64,000 nt of DNA from NCBI GenBank assembly GCA_028534125.1, contig CM052816.1, forward strand, positions 15,254,001 through 15,318,000, written 5' to 3'. Every line of letters begins with the position of its first letter. Position 1 is the first letter of the stretch. The position numbers were made by a program, and so were the translations under genes. The notes beneath the pieces are model-generated. The model had not been told where the DNA came from, made no database searches, and was given only the letters and a program-made list of their open reading frames with translations. Shown here in pieces: positions 35,481 to 50,271 of this stretch. This DNA comes from Lama glama (taxonomy: Eukaryota).

Positions 35481-38400
35481 GTCTTTTACATTGTCAATAG
35501 GGAGAAAATAGTTTCTAAAAAAATTAAAGGAATTTTATATTTTAATTTGTAAAAGGCAATTAGATTAAAAAAATCTTGAGGACAATGCAAAAAAAAAAGA
35601 GAGAAAAAACAAGAAGGAGAAGGAGGAATGGAAGAACAAGTTAGAATATTTCTCTCATAAACAGCAGAGAAGATGTAAAATTACTCTGAAAATCTGCTAA
35701 AATGAATCAATGGCTGAAAATCAAGCTATTTTAAAAATGAACATTGGAACTTTTATTAGGGACCTCAAAATCTGGTGTTTGAAACGGAGTTAAATGAAAT
35801 TACACCTTAAAGTCTCTGTATATTTTTTTATTTCATAAGAAATGAAGTTTGCCCCATAAAGGAGGAAATAAGATCCATCTCAGAGGGATGTTGTTAGCAG
35901 CCCGTGAGATACTGTATAAAAAGCATTTAACACTGTGCTTGCTATATGGTAAGTGTCCAATACGTGTAATTATCAGATATTTTATAGGACTTTCAGTTCT
36001 ATTATTCACCATATGGAAAAATAAAAATATTACAACTCAAGAAAGAAAAACATATAATCATTACTAATATAGAAAAAGACAACAAAGCTTCAGTGGTGGC
36101 AATGACTTCCTCTTACACACAATAAAATTCAATCGAAAACACTAAGTCTTAAAGGAAAAATGTAAGCATTTCAAGGGTTGAAGAACGTTTTCTCTCTAGA
36201 ATATGACTGGATCCCAATCGAGGATACCGATCACAGTGTGTGAATAACTAAGTGCAGTATGCTACTTCTTTAAATAATTTAGCAAATTTTAAGATGTTCA
36301 GGTAGGTTTCTACATGAGCTGTCCCTTCCCTCTCCCCACCAATGTATTTAAAATCATCTTGACAATAAGAATTTCTGCAGCTTCTGTCACCAAGTAAATA
36401 TACGTAATTTAACCATCTGGTTACAAATAGCAATTATTATTTTAGTTCTTTTTTTTGCTTATAAGAACATGCACAATGAAAACAAAGCTTTAAATATTTT
36501 TGTCACTGAATGAATTAAAAGTGGATAGTATTTTGTTATACCTCTGCAAAACAGCTGTTATGTTTGGAAAACAGCTCCAGAAAACAAAACACTAAACATT
36601 GATATATAGCATCTTTACAATAGTAAGATTTTAATAGTGGTTTCATGATTATTAACATATATCTTACTAATTATTTTTCCATCATTATTAAATTTCTTTA
36701 TTCATGTCATTTTTTGGTTATCATAAAAAATAGATATTAAAATTTTTTAAATAGTTGATGACAGTGCTATGTGAGAATGTGATGTTATAAAAGACTTCTC
36801 CACAGTTGGTTTTTAAAAAATACTGTTGTGCATTTAACAGCTCTACTATCAAAAATGTATTGTTACATGGATTGTACATTTTTTAACAGTATCCTAGAAA
36901 CATTTTTTCTCCTTGCAATCATGACAATCAGAAACATTCCACAGAAGTGACTTAATAGGATTAATTACAAACAAAAAGTTATAAAGATAAAACTAGAAAA
37001 TAGCAAAGATTTTAAAAGTGCATATGGAATAATGGTTTTATTAAGACAAAATTATACCAGGACTACAATATTTTCATAAATCCTAAAATGTTTCCTATGT
37101 CCAAACAAAATGTCTCTCTGAAAATGACCAAAACAGATTACTACCACAAAAGTCATAATTCAGTTAAATGTATATACTATCCTGAAATGGGGTAATAGAA
37201 GAACTAAGTGCAATTTTTACTTAATTCTTTATGAAATTTAAAAGTTTTGCAGGTAATATGAAAGATAATAATAAACCTTAATATATAAAAAAAATCTCAG
37301 ATACTAGGTGTACACAAGCTATGTTGTGAGGGCTTAAGAAATTACATCATTATTATCTGTTTTATATAATAGTAACTTTACTAAATACTTCCATATAAAT
37401 AATAATCTATAATAAAATATTAACATCTATTGAAGATATTATTTAAAGACATTTTATTAAAAATTCCCTCAAAAACAAGAGGATTTCCTAATTTTTTATT
37501 CTTAAGACTACACTGACAACCATAGGGTTACTTAAAGCAAGATATTTTTGAATTGGAATTTGTTCTTAGAGATTCTATTAAAAGATCAACAATAGGAACA
37601 ATGTTCTAAAGTCACAAGACTATATTAAACCTTACATGCACATCAAATCTTAATATAAAAATAAAAGGAACTGTTATTTAGTAGAATTTAGAACTCTAAG
37701 GAAATAATATCTTTAATACAAACTCAGAACTTCAAGTTGATTCAGATGCATGTATTTTACATCTAAGGTTCTTAAACCTGGCTGAACTGAGTTCGAATTT
37801 TTAACACTTACTAGCTACTTAATTTCCATAAGCCTTACTTTTCAACAGAAAAACAGAGATAGGAAATGGACCTATTTTGTAGTATTTCTATAAACAGTTC
37901 ATGAGATAATGTATATAACAGCATTTAGCACAGAGCTTGGTGCATGGTAAGTGCTTAAGAAATGTAAATAAATTTATATTAATTGATTTTTAACCAAGCT
38001 TCTTTATACATTAATAATGAAAATTTTACTAATGTTTCTAGAACTGCTCAATGGTCAAAGCTATTTTGAATTTCTTTTAATTGCTTTTAATTTTCAGACC
38101 TGAGTTTTAGACACTTGAATTGAGAATCACGTGCTTTTACAATAGCTTCTAAAAGCCCAACACTTATATTCAGAAGAAAAGGACCTGAAAAAGTATGCTC
38201 CCAATCAAGAGTTTACATATATTCTGTCTGGGACTATATCAAGTATGATACATATAAGACTATATACTAAAGAGCTGTCAGTCAGCGAATCAAGTTATGA
38301 CATAAATAAATTGTGTACCTAACCAACTCATTATCATGACAAATATTTTGAGAGTATAACAGCAATAAATAAAAAAATACTCCTATACTTAAAGAGTGAA

Positions 38401-38999
38401 ATTTATTGCTATTAAATATGAGTATTAGCTAAAATAAAATTATAAGATGTACAGTATTCTCTCTCCTATTAACTATGAGGAATAAGAACAAGACTTAGCT
38501 TAATTAGCTAAAATTAATTATATCTTTGGCCTGATCTATAATTCTACTGATATATTAACAAATCATATAATTATAGAAATAAGTATTTGCCTAATTCATC
38601 CTTGTTTCTCTCACCTTCAGTTAAGAAATTAAGAGAAATTTGTACATAACAAAACAACATTTCAAAACTTTGAGATAAGACATTATTTTTGAACAAAGAA
38701 AATCTAATTATTGCTGTATATTCCAAAAGCTTCAAAAATGAAAAAAAAGAAGATAATTTTTAATGTATTGACCAATTTATTTACATTAAAGCTTATTAAT
38801 AAAAGAATATTATGCAATATGGTGGGCCATCTATCACTAGAAATTAATGTCTAACCCAGAAATTATATTTTATTAGTTTATATTAAAACTAAATGTAAAA
38901 ACACCTAAATATAATTAAAAGACGTTTTCTAAACCAAGTTTTTGAAGTTTCATGTGAACTTTCTAAAAGGCCATTTCAATTTAAGAAATACTTCGGTGA

Positions 39000-39138
39000 G
39001 GGGAGAGGGTATATAGCTCAGGGTATAGCATGCATGAGGTCCTGGATTCAATCCCCAGTACCCCCATTAAAAAGTAAATAAAAATAAATAAGCCTGATTA
39101 CCTTCCCCCCAAAATAAATAAAAATAAAGTTAAAAAAA
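39000..39138 (+). mobile_element. tRNA-derived SINE with internal deletion
   Basis: Same family; target-site duplication aagaaatacttc(g/a)gtga on both sides. Confidence 0.85.
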
Positions 39139-40836
39139 AAGAAATACTTCAGTGAAATAAAAAGAATTTGACCTCCTTACAAGAAATATTCATAAATACT
39201 ACAATAAAGTTAACACCTACAAGTTCCCTTTAGAGCTGTTTCTACATTCTTAAAAAAAAAAGACAGGTTCCAACAAACTAGACTAGTAATGGGTTTCATT
39301 AACTGCAAAATGAGTACCTAATTAGGAACATAATAATGGTATTTATAGAAGCCTATGTCTTAAAAATGGTACTCCCAGATCATCAGTTTCATCATCATTA
39401 TTATTCATAATCATACTTCACACTTTAATATCTGCTTTTACCCAGATTAGAAACTAGAACTATAAATGAACCATAAGAGTTCATTCAAAATTTATAACAA
39501 CTCTCAATGCTTATGGCACAAAGTTAATTTGAGTTAAGTGGCTGTGGGCTGAAGATACGAAAATATAAATTAAAGAATAAAGAATCTAACTCCTTAAAAC
39601 ATTTCCCAACATTTTAATTTTCTTTAGGGAAACTAAGACGTTCCTCCTCTGCACGGTGATACCTACTATGTATCAGAGGAGCCTCGAAGGCAGTATTACA
39701 ATTCTATAACCATTGGAAGTCATACACATGCCCAATAAAATTCCTGAATTAAGGTTCTTATTCCACATTTTTAAAGATTCAGTAAAGATTAGGAAGACTA
39801 AAGGCTCACAAAAGAAGAAAGGAAACTGGGATAGCATAATTGGGATGGGAGGAGGGGAGGAGAATATGACAAGAAACAGACAACAGTAAGGAAAAAAAAT
39901 GTTGCAATCAAGAGACAGAGGACTGGCCTGCCTTTGAATATCACTCCAGCTACATCTTAGTTCTTGGTCTTCATCCACTGTCAACAGCCATTCTGGCTGC
40001 ATTTCTGAACTGGGCTCTCATGGAGGTGATACATTCACCAGCCATCTTTAGGAAGGTAAATGATTAATTGCACTGTTTTCCCACTGCTGCAAGGACAATG
40101 AAAGGGAAAGTAAACTTGTGCACCTCATTTCATACCTAGTTGTAATTTTCCACACAACAATAAACAGAAACATATACTTTAAGTTTATCAGGCCTGTCTC
40201 TTTTTTGCTTTGTGTATGTGTGTGGTGTGTCTGTCTCTGTGCTTCCATCAAGACAGTTAATACAAAAATCCCAATCTCCAAATCATTATCAAGTTGACAA
40301 TAATTTCAACGTACTTTAGATCTTCTAACCACAAATAGTGTTAACAACATGGAATACTTAGAGTTTTCTCGGAACATCCCTTTTAATTAGAAATATTTAA
40401 ATTCATCTAATAAATGTATAAATAAAGAAAAAGCAATGTGACTTCGAATTCTGATTTCCAAACATGAAAATCACCAGCAGGAAATTTTAATGTATAATCT
40501 TATATGAATATCTCTAAAGCCTACAAAGAAATTTAACTTTGAGATCTCCTACCTACGACACAATACAGAGCGGTTTTGATACCAAAGGCCTAAAATAAAG
40601 GATCACGGCAACTTTCTTTGTCTTTGCAAATAACAAAAAAGAAGAGGGGAAAACATGCTTTTGGGTGTTAGTGCTGTTGAGCTTAAATTCACTTCTAAAA
40701 CACCTCAAGAAATGAATAATTTACGAAGATAGTTTTAAAATGGAAACGTACAAAGTCAGTGTTTTTGGAGGGTTGTGTAAAGAAGGTGAACACACAAATT
40801 AAAGAGAAATTATTACAGACATATTTCTTAACCCAC

Positions 40837-41595
40837 CTGCTATCAGGTCATCAAGAGTGTCGGTAAGCGTCTGGGCTGGAGTTGCAACCATTAGTCCATC
40901 TGGTTCTTGAACTAACAGCCCCTGATCATGTCCAGTAATAGCAATCTGAGGCTGTCCTATAATCTGATGATTACCTGATACCTTCTGAAGTTCAAGAGAA
41001 TTTGTCCCATTAGAACCTAATTCACTGGAAAAGTTACACTGTGGAGATGATAAAGGCTGGACTGGGACAAAATCAATTTGTTCTGCCGATGGTGGAGACT
41101 GTTGCTCATCATCAACATCATTATCTTTAAATAAGATTGTGTCAACCTGAGGTAACTCTGGAAAGTGATCCTCTGGGAGACTACCATCTCCTTCCCCTTC
41201 TGGGAAGACTCCTCTATGAGAGCACTGCTGGTGTAGAGATACTGTGTCTTTCTGACCTTTGGTTTCCAAGTATTCTTTGGTAAATTGCTGCTGTGTTTTC
41301 ATCTGCAACTGCCTTTCCACTTTCTGCAGTTCTTTCAGTATTTTCTTCTTCTTCTGGACTTGCTCTTCTCTGTTCTTTTTAAGTTCTTCTATCTTATCTT
41401 TGTTCAGAGGTTCACCTTGGATTAACTCCAATGACTTAAGCTGTGCTTTTTCAATAGCACTAATTCTTTGTCCCAGTTCATTCAGTTTGCCTTCAGTCTC
41501 CTCTACTATGCACTCCAAAGGCTGGTATGGGTGAAAAGGTGGCAGTACGTCCTGATCTGCTACCTGCAGGGAACTGGACTTCTGCTTGGATGTAC
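40837..41595 (-). CDS. ANKHD1: ANKHD1 linker / coiled-coil exon between the ankyrin clusters
   Basis: 759 nt, phase 1-1, inside the 303-aa ORF. Runs (G)TSKQKSSSLQVADQD...AQTLTDTLDDLIA. Confidence 0.95.
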
Positions 41596-42549
41596 CTAAG
41601 CACATGAAAAATGTTTGAAAATGTGCCATGCTAAAAAAAACAAAAACAAAACAAAAAAAACAAAAACAACCCAGTCTCCCCTCTCCCACACACACACATC
41701 TCCCTCCCAAAACCCTTATAATTAATGCTGTAGAAGGAAATGGTCAAAGATTCACACCAGTGGTAGGTAGATTAAAGAGCAGACTCATCTATTTTACACC
41801 ACACAAACAGGGATGTTTTCAATTCAAAAATTGTGACTTTTTAAATTTAAAAATACCAAATATTTAGGATTGGAGAATTCTGGAAAATAAGATGGGGTAG
41901 GAGTAAAAGGAAATCAAAGAGGAAAGAATCCTAAAATTCTCCTTATTAAATTGAAATTTTTAAAGGACATCACATCTAAAGCAGTACTAAAATAGTGTTG
42001 AGGATACCATTAATGTTAGCTTCACGGCCCAACTGTTCCTTTTACAATATTAACTATACAAGTTACTGCAAGAAACTATAACTTGTAGATCAAAATGGGG
42101 AAGAGTGTCTTTCAAGTTGCCAAAATGTTTCTTTCATTATATTAAAATATAATGTGAAATCAGTTTTTTCAAGACATATCTTTCTAAAATGTTTCATTAC
42201 TTAAGTCTTAAATACTTCTGTACCTGAACACTGTATCAAACTTGTATTACAAAGGACAATTATTCTCAGTTTAAATAAACTTTTTAAGTAAAAGTATATG
42301 AGAGAAACAATGAATGTTACCTAAGAGCAAAATCAGACTTCCTATATAGGATTACTCATATTGATGATGTATGTGAAAAATGAAGTAATTGTGTACTAAT
42401 TTAAGGTATTCAATCACACAAATTAACTTACTCCCTTCAAGGCAAAATAATTATCAACATTAACAATCCTAACATCTGGACATAAAATGGAAGAAATATA
42501 CAACTACTTTGAGGCAAATTCAAGGCTTAATCTTCTTGTTTAGGAAGAA

Positions 42550-42920
42550 CTGTGACTATTCAGCAATAGAAAGGAACAAACTACTGATAAATCCTACAAC
42601 ATGGGTGAACCTTAAACAAAATGAAAGAACCCAGACACAAAAGACCACATATTATGCAATTTCATTTGTATCAAATCTATAGAGACAAAGTAAATCTATA
42701 GACAGAAAGGAAAGTAGTAGTTGCCTGGGTTACAGTGGTGAGAATGAGGTCTGATCACAAACAGGCATGTGAAATCTTCTATGAGTGGTGGAAATGTTCC
42801 AAAACCAGATGGTGGTGATGGTTACACAATTCTGTAAATTTACTAAAAGTCACTGTATTGTACAATTAAAATGAGTGAATTTTATTGTATGTATATTAAA
42901 CAATAATAAAACTTTTTAAA
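42550..42920 (+). mobile_element. L1ME/L1MC-type 3' end
   Basis: tattcagcaatagaaaggaacaaactactgata...atgggtgaacctt...ggtgatggttacacaattctgtaaattt. Confidence 0.65.
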
Positions 42921-45062
42921 AAATGGGTAAAAAATAGTTGTTTACTGTTTAGGATTGTAGTCAATATGTTTAAATAACATAGGTAACTTAAGAATTTTAA
43001 AAATAAGCTCATCCAGTGCATTTAAAATGATTCTCAGGTCCAAAGGAAAAAAGTAACCCATTAGATATTGAAATGCTCTGAATTGCAAGAGAATGACAAA
43101 ACCATTAAAGAAAAAAAAATCAGAGATCTAACTGCTTTTTTGCTGCAATAAGAGATCTCAAACTGCAAGTAGCTCAAAAATTTGCAACATGTTATTACCA
43201 AAAAAGTCAACAGTTTTTCCCTGAGGTATTGTCTTTAACAAGGTCAGATGACCACAGTTTAAAAAATCACTTTAAGAGACTTACTCTTTGAAGGCAAAAT
43301 TCAGCAAAATGTACTGTCTATATTCAGTTTTACATTTCTATCTGAGCAAAGTGGTGGGGAAAGACTTTATCCTTTCAGAACAAAAGCTGTTAGTTTGTGA
43401 GATAACTATTTCCATAGACCATATAGGAATCCTTGGTGTGATTTACAGGTTCAAAGTACCTAATGACAATCGATGGTAAGAAAAGAGAATTTAACTGCCA
43501 CAGAGTAATGTATAAATCTGGCAGCCCAGCTTGGAAATTTTCAGTCATGTAATATATTCATTGACATTGGCAGAATAAATTCAGAAGTTCTACAAAGACT
43601 GAAGGCTCCCTTAACATTAATTTCAAAATACTCATGTATAATTCCTATGTAATTTGCATTTAAGATTAAGAAAACTAGGCAAGAGTTCAACACTAACCAG
43701 AATAGTAATTAATTATATGATCATATTGGACATTCACAGATTTAAAATCTTATAAACAGTAAGATGACCCAAAATAAGACTAGAATTTTAAGGACAGTAA
43801 TAGACAAGAAAGTCCCTATCTCTTTAACAAATAAAATTCAAGAAGCTTAGAGCACAAGATTACTAAGAGCAACTTATTTAATTGAACACAGAGACAAAAA
43901 AGCCCAAAATATATGTGGCAGGTAAAACAGAGGATGGTGAGCGTAATACACAAAAAGCAGTTCTTCCCCAAATAACCAATGGCTGAGTATCTGTAACCAT
44001 GGAGTTTGTGGGATTGCGCTGATAACACATCAAAGCACTAATACAAGCTATAGCATCATCAATAGACTAAGCTGGTGAAAAACAAATGCCACCTAATTAT
44101 TTTTAGAAGCTGAAACAACACCTTCAATTTTGGAGAAAAGTAGTAAATGCTAACAAGTGTCTTTTTAGCAGCAAAAGTTTCAGAAGGTAGGAAGGTAGTA
44201 ATATAAGATGCCAGAAAGTAAGAATTCTATTTCCCTCAAACATCTCCCACTGTCAGAAACAAATAAATCAATCTATTCATTGGTAGCCTTGAGTGGTATC
44301 ATAAAGTACTATTTAGGAACATGAGTAGAGTTACCATCTCATCTCTTTGGTTTGGTTTCTATCCTACTTCCTCAACTTTCAGTTTTCTTCCATTAATTAG
44401 AAAAAGTTTGTAATAGGAAATCAAAATAGATTAGAATATGGATGTTATTTTTTGAAGGGCAGAGAGTAAATGAGGTGAACATATTTAGTTTACTATCAAA
44501 ATAAGTTTAACTCTCTGATTAATGAGTTAATCAATCATTTTTGTCTAAAATTATTAGTCCACTGTGCAATAGAAAAATAATGGCCAAAGGAAAAAACTGC
44601 ATGACATACAGGTGGCTCTAGATTTGGTTTTATCAAGACATAGCAAATTTCATCTCTCAGGAATTTTAAACAACATTCCCAACTAGATCTAAAGTAGGAA
44701 AAAAAAAGCTGATGATGTAGAATTGAAAATAACACAGAAATCAAATGTACTAATGGAATCTGCGTTTGGATAAATAGATGCACGTTGTGTGCTGGTTTCA
44801 ATACAAATACTTCTTGTTGTGATCATAGTCAGAAATGAAAGCCATTGCCTAGAATTGATTCGTTTTTCCTTTATGTCTAAATATGTTTCAAAATTTCCCA
44901 AAGTAACAGGGGATGCTATACATCTTTAACACAGTAAGATTAAGCAAGAGTGTCCAAAAATAGAGCATCTGTGTTACATGTTAACAGTTTAATTCAATCT
45001 TCTACCTTTTTATTATAAGCAGTTATATGTTTAAAGACCTGATTAAATTTAGGCATACGTTA

Positions 45063-45228
45063 GGGGAGAGGGTATAGCTCAGTGGTAGAGCACATGCTAA
45101 GCATGCATGAGGTCCTGGGTTCAATCCCCAGTACCTCCATTAAAAACAAAAAAAATTAAATAAATAAAGAAACCTCATTACCTCCCCCCAAAATAGATAA
45201 ATAAAAATAAATTATACAAAAATTTTAA
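45063..45228 (+). mobile_element. tRNA-derived SINE
   Basis: Intact A and B boxes (tagctcagtgg; gggttcaatcccc); flanking repeat ttaggcata(c/t)gt. Confidence 0.88.
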
Positions 45229-48200
45229 AAATTAGGCATATGTAAATCCATGTAAGCACGATTACATAATGGACATCTACTAAAGTAGGGAATATTAGTA
45301 AAATTTCCGGAGGAACACTCAACTTCATTCACTGTATATAAAATTTTCTATATAATTTTAATGATTTGATAATGAGAACTTTTCATGTTACCTATTCCAA
45401 TAAGCGACTCTGGGATAGAAAGCTGCATGTTAACTTAATTCTTCCTTTACACTTACTTTTTTGTTTTTGATCTTTTCCCCATCACTCTAGAATACTACTT
45501 CTTGATTAAGTTTTTAAACATCTTCTCTAATCACAATGTCTCTCTTCTTAAAAATTCTTAATAATTTTCTTTTGTCTTCAGAATAATCTATATTCTTAGC
45601 CTGGCATTCATTAATTTATTCAACAAATATTTAACATCTAGTACAAGCAAGGCATAGTGGGCCATACAAAGATGAGCAGCAGAAATCCTGCCCTTGAGGA
45701 GCTTACATTCTAAGAGGAAAGATAGAGATGTACAAATCCAAGTAAGAGGATAAAGGCAATCTTTGGTTGGTATGGAAACGAGGTGAGGGTATATAATATA
45801 GTAACACTTACACATTGCTGGTGGGACTATAAACTGTTGTAGCCATTCTAGAGAGTGAATTTGTAGTATTTTGTCAGATAAACATTATGCATTCCTATGA
45901 CAGGTAATTTTGCTCCTGAGTTTACCCCAAAGAAATTCTCATATAGATCCATAAGGGGACTGTGTCAGAATTTTCATCACAGCATTGTCCGTGGTGGTGG
46001 GGAATGAAAGGCAATTTGGGTACCCATTACTGGGAGAAAGGACAAGTAAAAAATACAAGATTTACACAGTGAAACACTATGCTACAGACAGAAACAATAT
46101 AGAGGTAGACTTATGAATAGATCTTAAAAATAGTATTAAGTGAAAAAAGTAAAAAACAAAACAGGGTCTAGAGCATAATACCATTAATGTAAATTAAAAA
46201 TATATACAAAGTAGAAAACATTTTATAAGAAGTTGTAAGAACAAAAGAATCTGCACATCAAATACATTAGAATGACTGCCTAAGGGGAAGTATGGGTAAG
46301 GAAAGAAGAATAAAAGGGAATTAAGTAAAACAAGAGAAGAGCTATGATGACTAAGCAGCAGGAATTGAGCGTGATTAACTCAACCTTCCACACTTGAAGT
46401 CCAAGGGGGAGATGAAGGTGCAGGAGTGACCAGAGCCAGAAGGAATATCCAATAAAGTGCTATAGGAGTTCAGAGAAAAGAAATGATTCCTCAAGAGGGC
46501 TTGAGGAACACACAAAAGATATGTATTGTTTATACTGACATCATTTTAATGTTCTGCAATAGACTAATTCTAAGCTGTACAACTGCAGAGAATTATCATG
46601 AATCTTTCTCTTTTAAGATCTCTGTAGAACCAGTTACTGCAAATAATTCAGATGCAATGAGTGGCTTCAATCAACAAATTCACTCACAAAATCGAATTTG
46701 GAAAGGCAAAGGTTTAATATTACTTTCCCATTTGAATATTCATTAACTATCGATAATAAAACTAAATAATGCTACAAAACTGAGTACATCACTCTTACCT
46801 AGCTTCACATTTTGTTTACAGAGGTGATTCTGAAGCCTTGGTCAGATGCTACCTAGAATCTTGAATCCTTGAAAACTAACAATGGAAAAGTGAGATTAGT
46901 TGCCTAAATCAGGAAAATATGAGTCAAGATGGATAGAGCCTGGACAAATGGTGCACATGGGTTAAGAAAGTAAAGAATATCTGAGAAGGATACACACACA
47001 CACACATATATGAAACACCTGGGTAAGATTTAAGAGCATGAGTGTATTTTAAAAGGATGCAGATATGAATAAAATACTTTAGATAAGAGTAAAATGTTAT
47101 ACACTTGAAAAGATGATTGCTAGAAGAGGAAAAGGAGGGAGTCTTAGAGAATAATGCTTCCTCCAATTTTAGCCACATATGCAACACAGATACAATCTAT
47201 GGACTTAGAAGAAACAAAAATGAAAGGGTCAAACAACAATTTCATCATTCAAAGGAACTTTTCTAGAGACATAAATGAGAAATTTTAAGAAAACTTCACT
47301 TTATGGAGAAAATAGTATGTCTTTAATAATTAAAGGTAGGTTTTTCTACCTATCTAGGTGTTCAGTGTACTTTTACATAATCAACTGATTTTTCCTAATT
47401 TATAGTGATATAATATTCTATGATGCACATGATTTATACCAACACGATATCTTAACACAATGCATTATCACAGCTTGATCCTGCATAAATAAATGTTGGG
47501 TTGGCAATGCCACTTGGCAGCTGGCAATATCAAGTGCCCAAGTGTCTCGATACAAGTGTTTATTTTTTCCTTCCCAAATAGTTTGGTAAAATGAAAGAGT
47601 CCTTAAAAGGTTAGTTCATATTTTGATACTACTTAAAGTACAGAATAAAACATCAAAGTGAAGAAAATAAATAGATGCTCAGTAATAAGAAGGTATTTCA
47701 GTAAGTAAAAATGATGATTACTCACTTGAGTATCAACTTAAAAAACCACTACCCAAACATTTCAGTTGACTTATATATTAAATCTAAATTTAAAATGTTT
47801 TACTTCCTTTCTGTACATATTCTATATCCTCCCTAGCTTATTTCTTGGTTTTTCTGTGGCTCTGTGTCAATAAACATATTTTTTAAATGCTTTCTTATTT
47901 AGTACTGAATTTCCTGAGCCAAAGTTACTACAGTCCTTATAGGGTATATAGCCAAATAAAAAACAACAAGAACAGAACCAGTTAGGTTTAAATATTTTAT
48001 TAAAGGCTGTCAGATGGTTAGGATGCTCAGATTCCTTAACAAGCACACGCTTAATTTGCTTTTTATTTGTTAAGATTAAAAAATAGCAGTCTTCATTTTC
48101 TGAAAAAGTTTGAATCTATGTATTCAGTGGAAAACTGCTGGAACTAGCTTAAAGTCAGAGAGACTACAGGTATTTGATCTCTGAAATTAGTAGTTTAGAA

Positions 48201-49120
48201 ATGAAGTAATCCTTGGTAAAGGTCCACAATACTTTAAATTACTAACACTGACATTAATTTGAAAGAAGCTTCTGCTTTCCTGCTATAACAGCCACCCCTT
48301 ACCAACCAACTTTAAAGTTGTATTAAAGATACTAATACATACTTACACACTTCTGTGTGTTGAAAAATCTAGGACTTGATAATCATATAATGAATGAAAT
48401 ATGCTCATAAATTTCTCTGACATATAAGTTTTTAATACCTTACATATTACCAACTTTATTTCAGAGAAAGAACTCAGATATGATTATACATGATTATCAT
48501 ACATGATTATCAAGTGAAGGTACTTTATATCCACAAATGAAAAGACAGCAGAAAAAAACAGAACTTATAAATTTGAGCCCTTGAAACAGTGTATACTCCT
48601 TAATATTCACTTGGATATTATTCATATACTTTTTTATAGTTATTTGTCTGTGCTCACATATTGACAGATGTTAGTTAACTCACTATATGAAGAATTATAT
48701 AAAAGAAACTAAATATAATTCTTCAACTTCTCACTCAGTGAATTGAATCAATGCTACTAAGACTTAACTAGACAGCAAAAAAAGATTTTCACTTCTCATA
48801 TTATACTATTGTTTTTGCTAAAGAACTGTGATATGAAAAATGAATGCCTGATCAAGTTTTGCTACTTAAATATAATGAAGAACTTGATATACTTAATTAT
48901 TTTCATCTATGCCAGATGAAAACTACACCTAGAAGTATGTTAACATTTTAAGAAATCATTTCTCCTAGCACTTATGCCTATTTTAAATAGTACGTAAGAC
49001 CATTAGCTTTTGTCAGAATTACCTACCTCAATTCTGGGTACACAGCAACCATTACACTTTATGAATTCATATATTAGGTGATAAGATACCCATTTTAAGG
49101 AAAATAATTCAATAACTAAC

Positions 49121-49223
49121 CTTTCTGTACTCCTAAAAGGGCAGGAGAGTTCTCCTGTGAAGTTCTGTCAGGTTCCTGAGGAGGTACAACCATGGCGAGT
49201 GTATGCACTGGTACACGTGGAAC
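49121..49223 (-). CDS. ANKHD1: ANKHD1 exon
   Basis: 103 nt. Encodes VPRVPVHTLAMVVPPQEPDRTSQENSPALLGVQK; donor gttagt. Confidence 0.93.
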
Positions 49224-50127
49224 CTAAAAAGTCAACTCAGAAGGAAACAATCTCAGACCAAAGACTAAAACAAAGGTCCCTGTTTTAGATTGTCTTCATA
49301 TACTACCAAATTCACTTTTTGTTTCTTTAAAAAGAAAAAAAAAGAAGCTTTCACCAAGGAATAATTTCTCAGAATACCGATTGGACAAATTCAGGCAATC
49401 TACAAGTAGTCAATGATTTAAGTTTAAATGGAATTAATATTACTCTCTTGTTAAGGAGAAGTCTTGCTAGCTTCAAATTTAGCTAAGCATACAAGTTACA
49501 TATTCAAATGGTAAATTTACCATTGTTCAAATTCTATATGGGTCAGAAGAAAAGAAAAAAATCCAGTATTTTTCTGAATTGTTGTATTTTAGCAGTTCTC
49601 CAGATAACTTTGAGGGAAAGAACTTAAGATTTTACTGAACTTTGTAAACTTAGTATACTCTCTATATTCTCTCCATATTTTTAGGTAGGTTTAAAAATTA
49701 CTTTAATGAATTTTTGGTGCTTATACCCTGGTTCCCTATACTTGCCAGATGACAAAATTAACTATCTTTAGGATAATTAATACTGTCTTGGGAGGTTTTA
49801 AAGGAAAAGCTTTCTCCTGGTTAAAGATTATGCTTACTGTAGTCATTAAAAAACAGACAACCCTGAAGACCTAGTTGTAACAAGAGGACAACCTGGAATA
49901 TCTATTTTATACTTAGTATTAAGTGTATTTTTTTTAAAAATACTGTTTTCAGTAAATAAGACAATAAAAAAAATTTCCATGTACTTTTGAAGAAAATCTT
50001 GAATTTAGGACCACATTTATCTCAATACGTAAGAGAAATAAGCTCGTTTTGCTTAAGACTAACTTTAAACAAAAACTCCCAATTTGAAGAACATTTATTT
50101 TCATAAATAAGCTCTGTCTTACGTTAC

Positions 50128-50271
50128 CTGAGATTGATCTTGAGAAGGTGGGGTAAGCTGAGAAACATCTGTGGTAGGAACTGACAGAACATTGTTTGGA
50201 TAATCCAATAGATAAGAAACAACATTAGTATGACCACCTTTTGCAGCTTCAATGAGCATTGTTGAGCCATC
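50128..50271 (-). CDS. ANKHD1: ANKHD1 ankyrin-repeat exon (end of first cluster)
   Basis: 144 nt. Encodes DGSTMLIEAAKGGHTNVVSYLLDYPNNVLSVPTTDVSQLTPPSQDQSQ. Confidence 0.95.
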
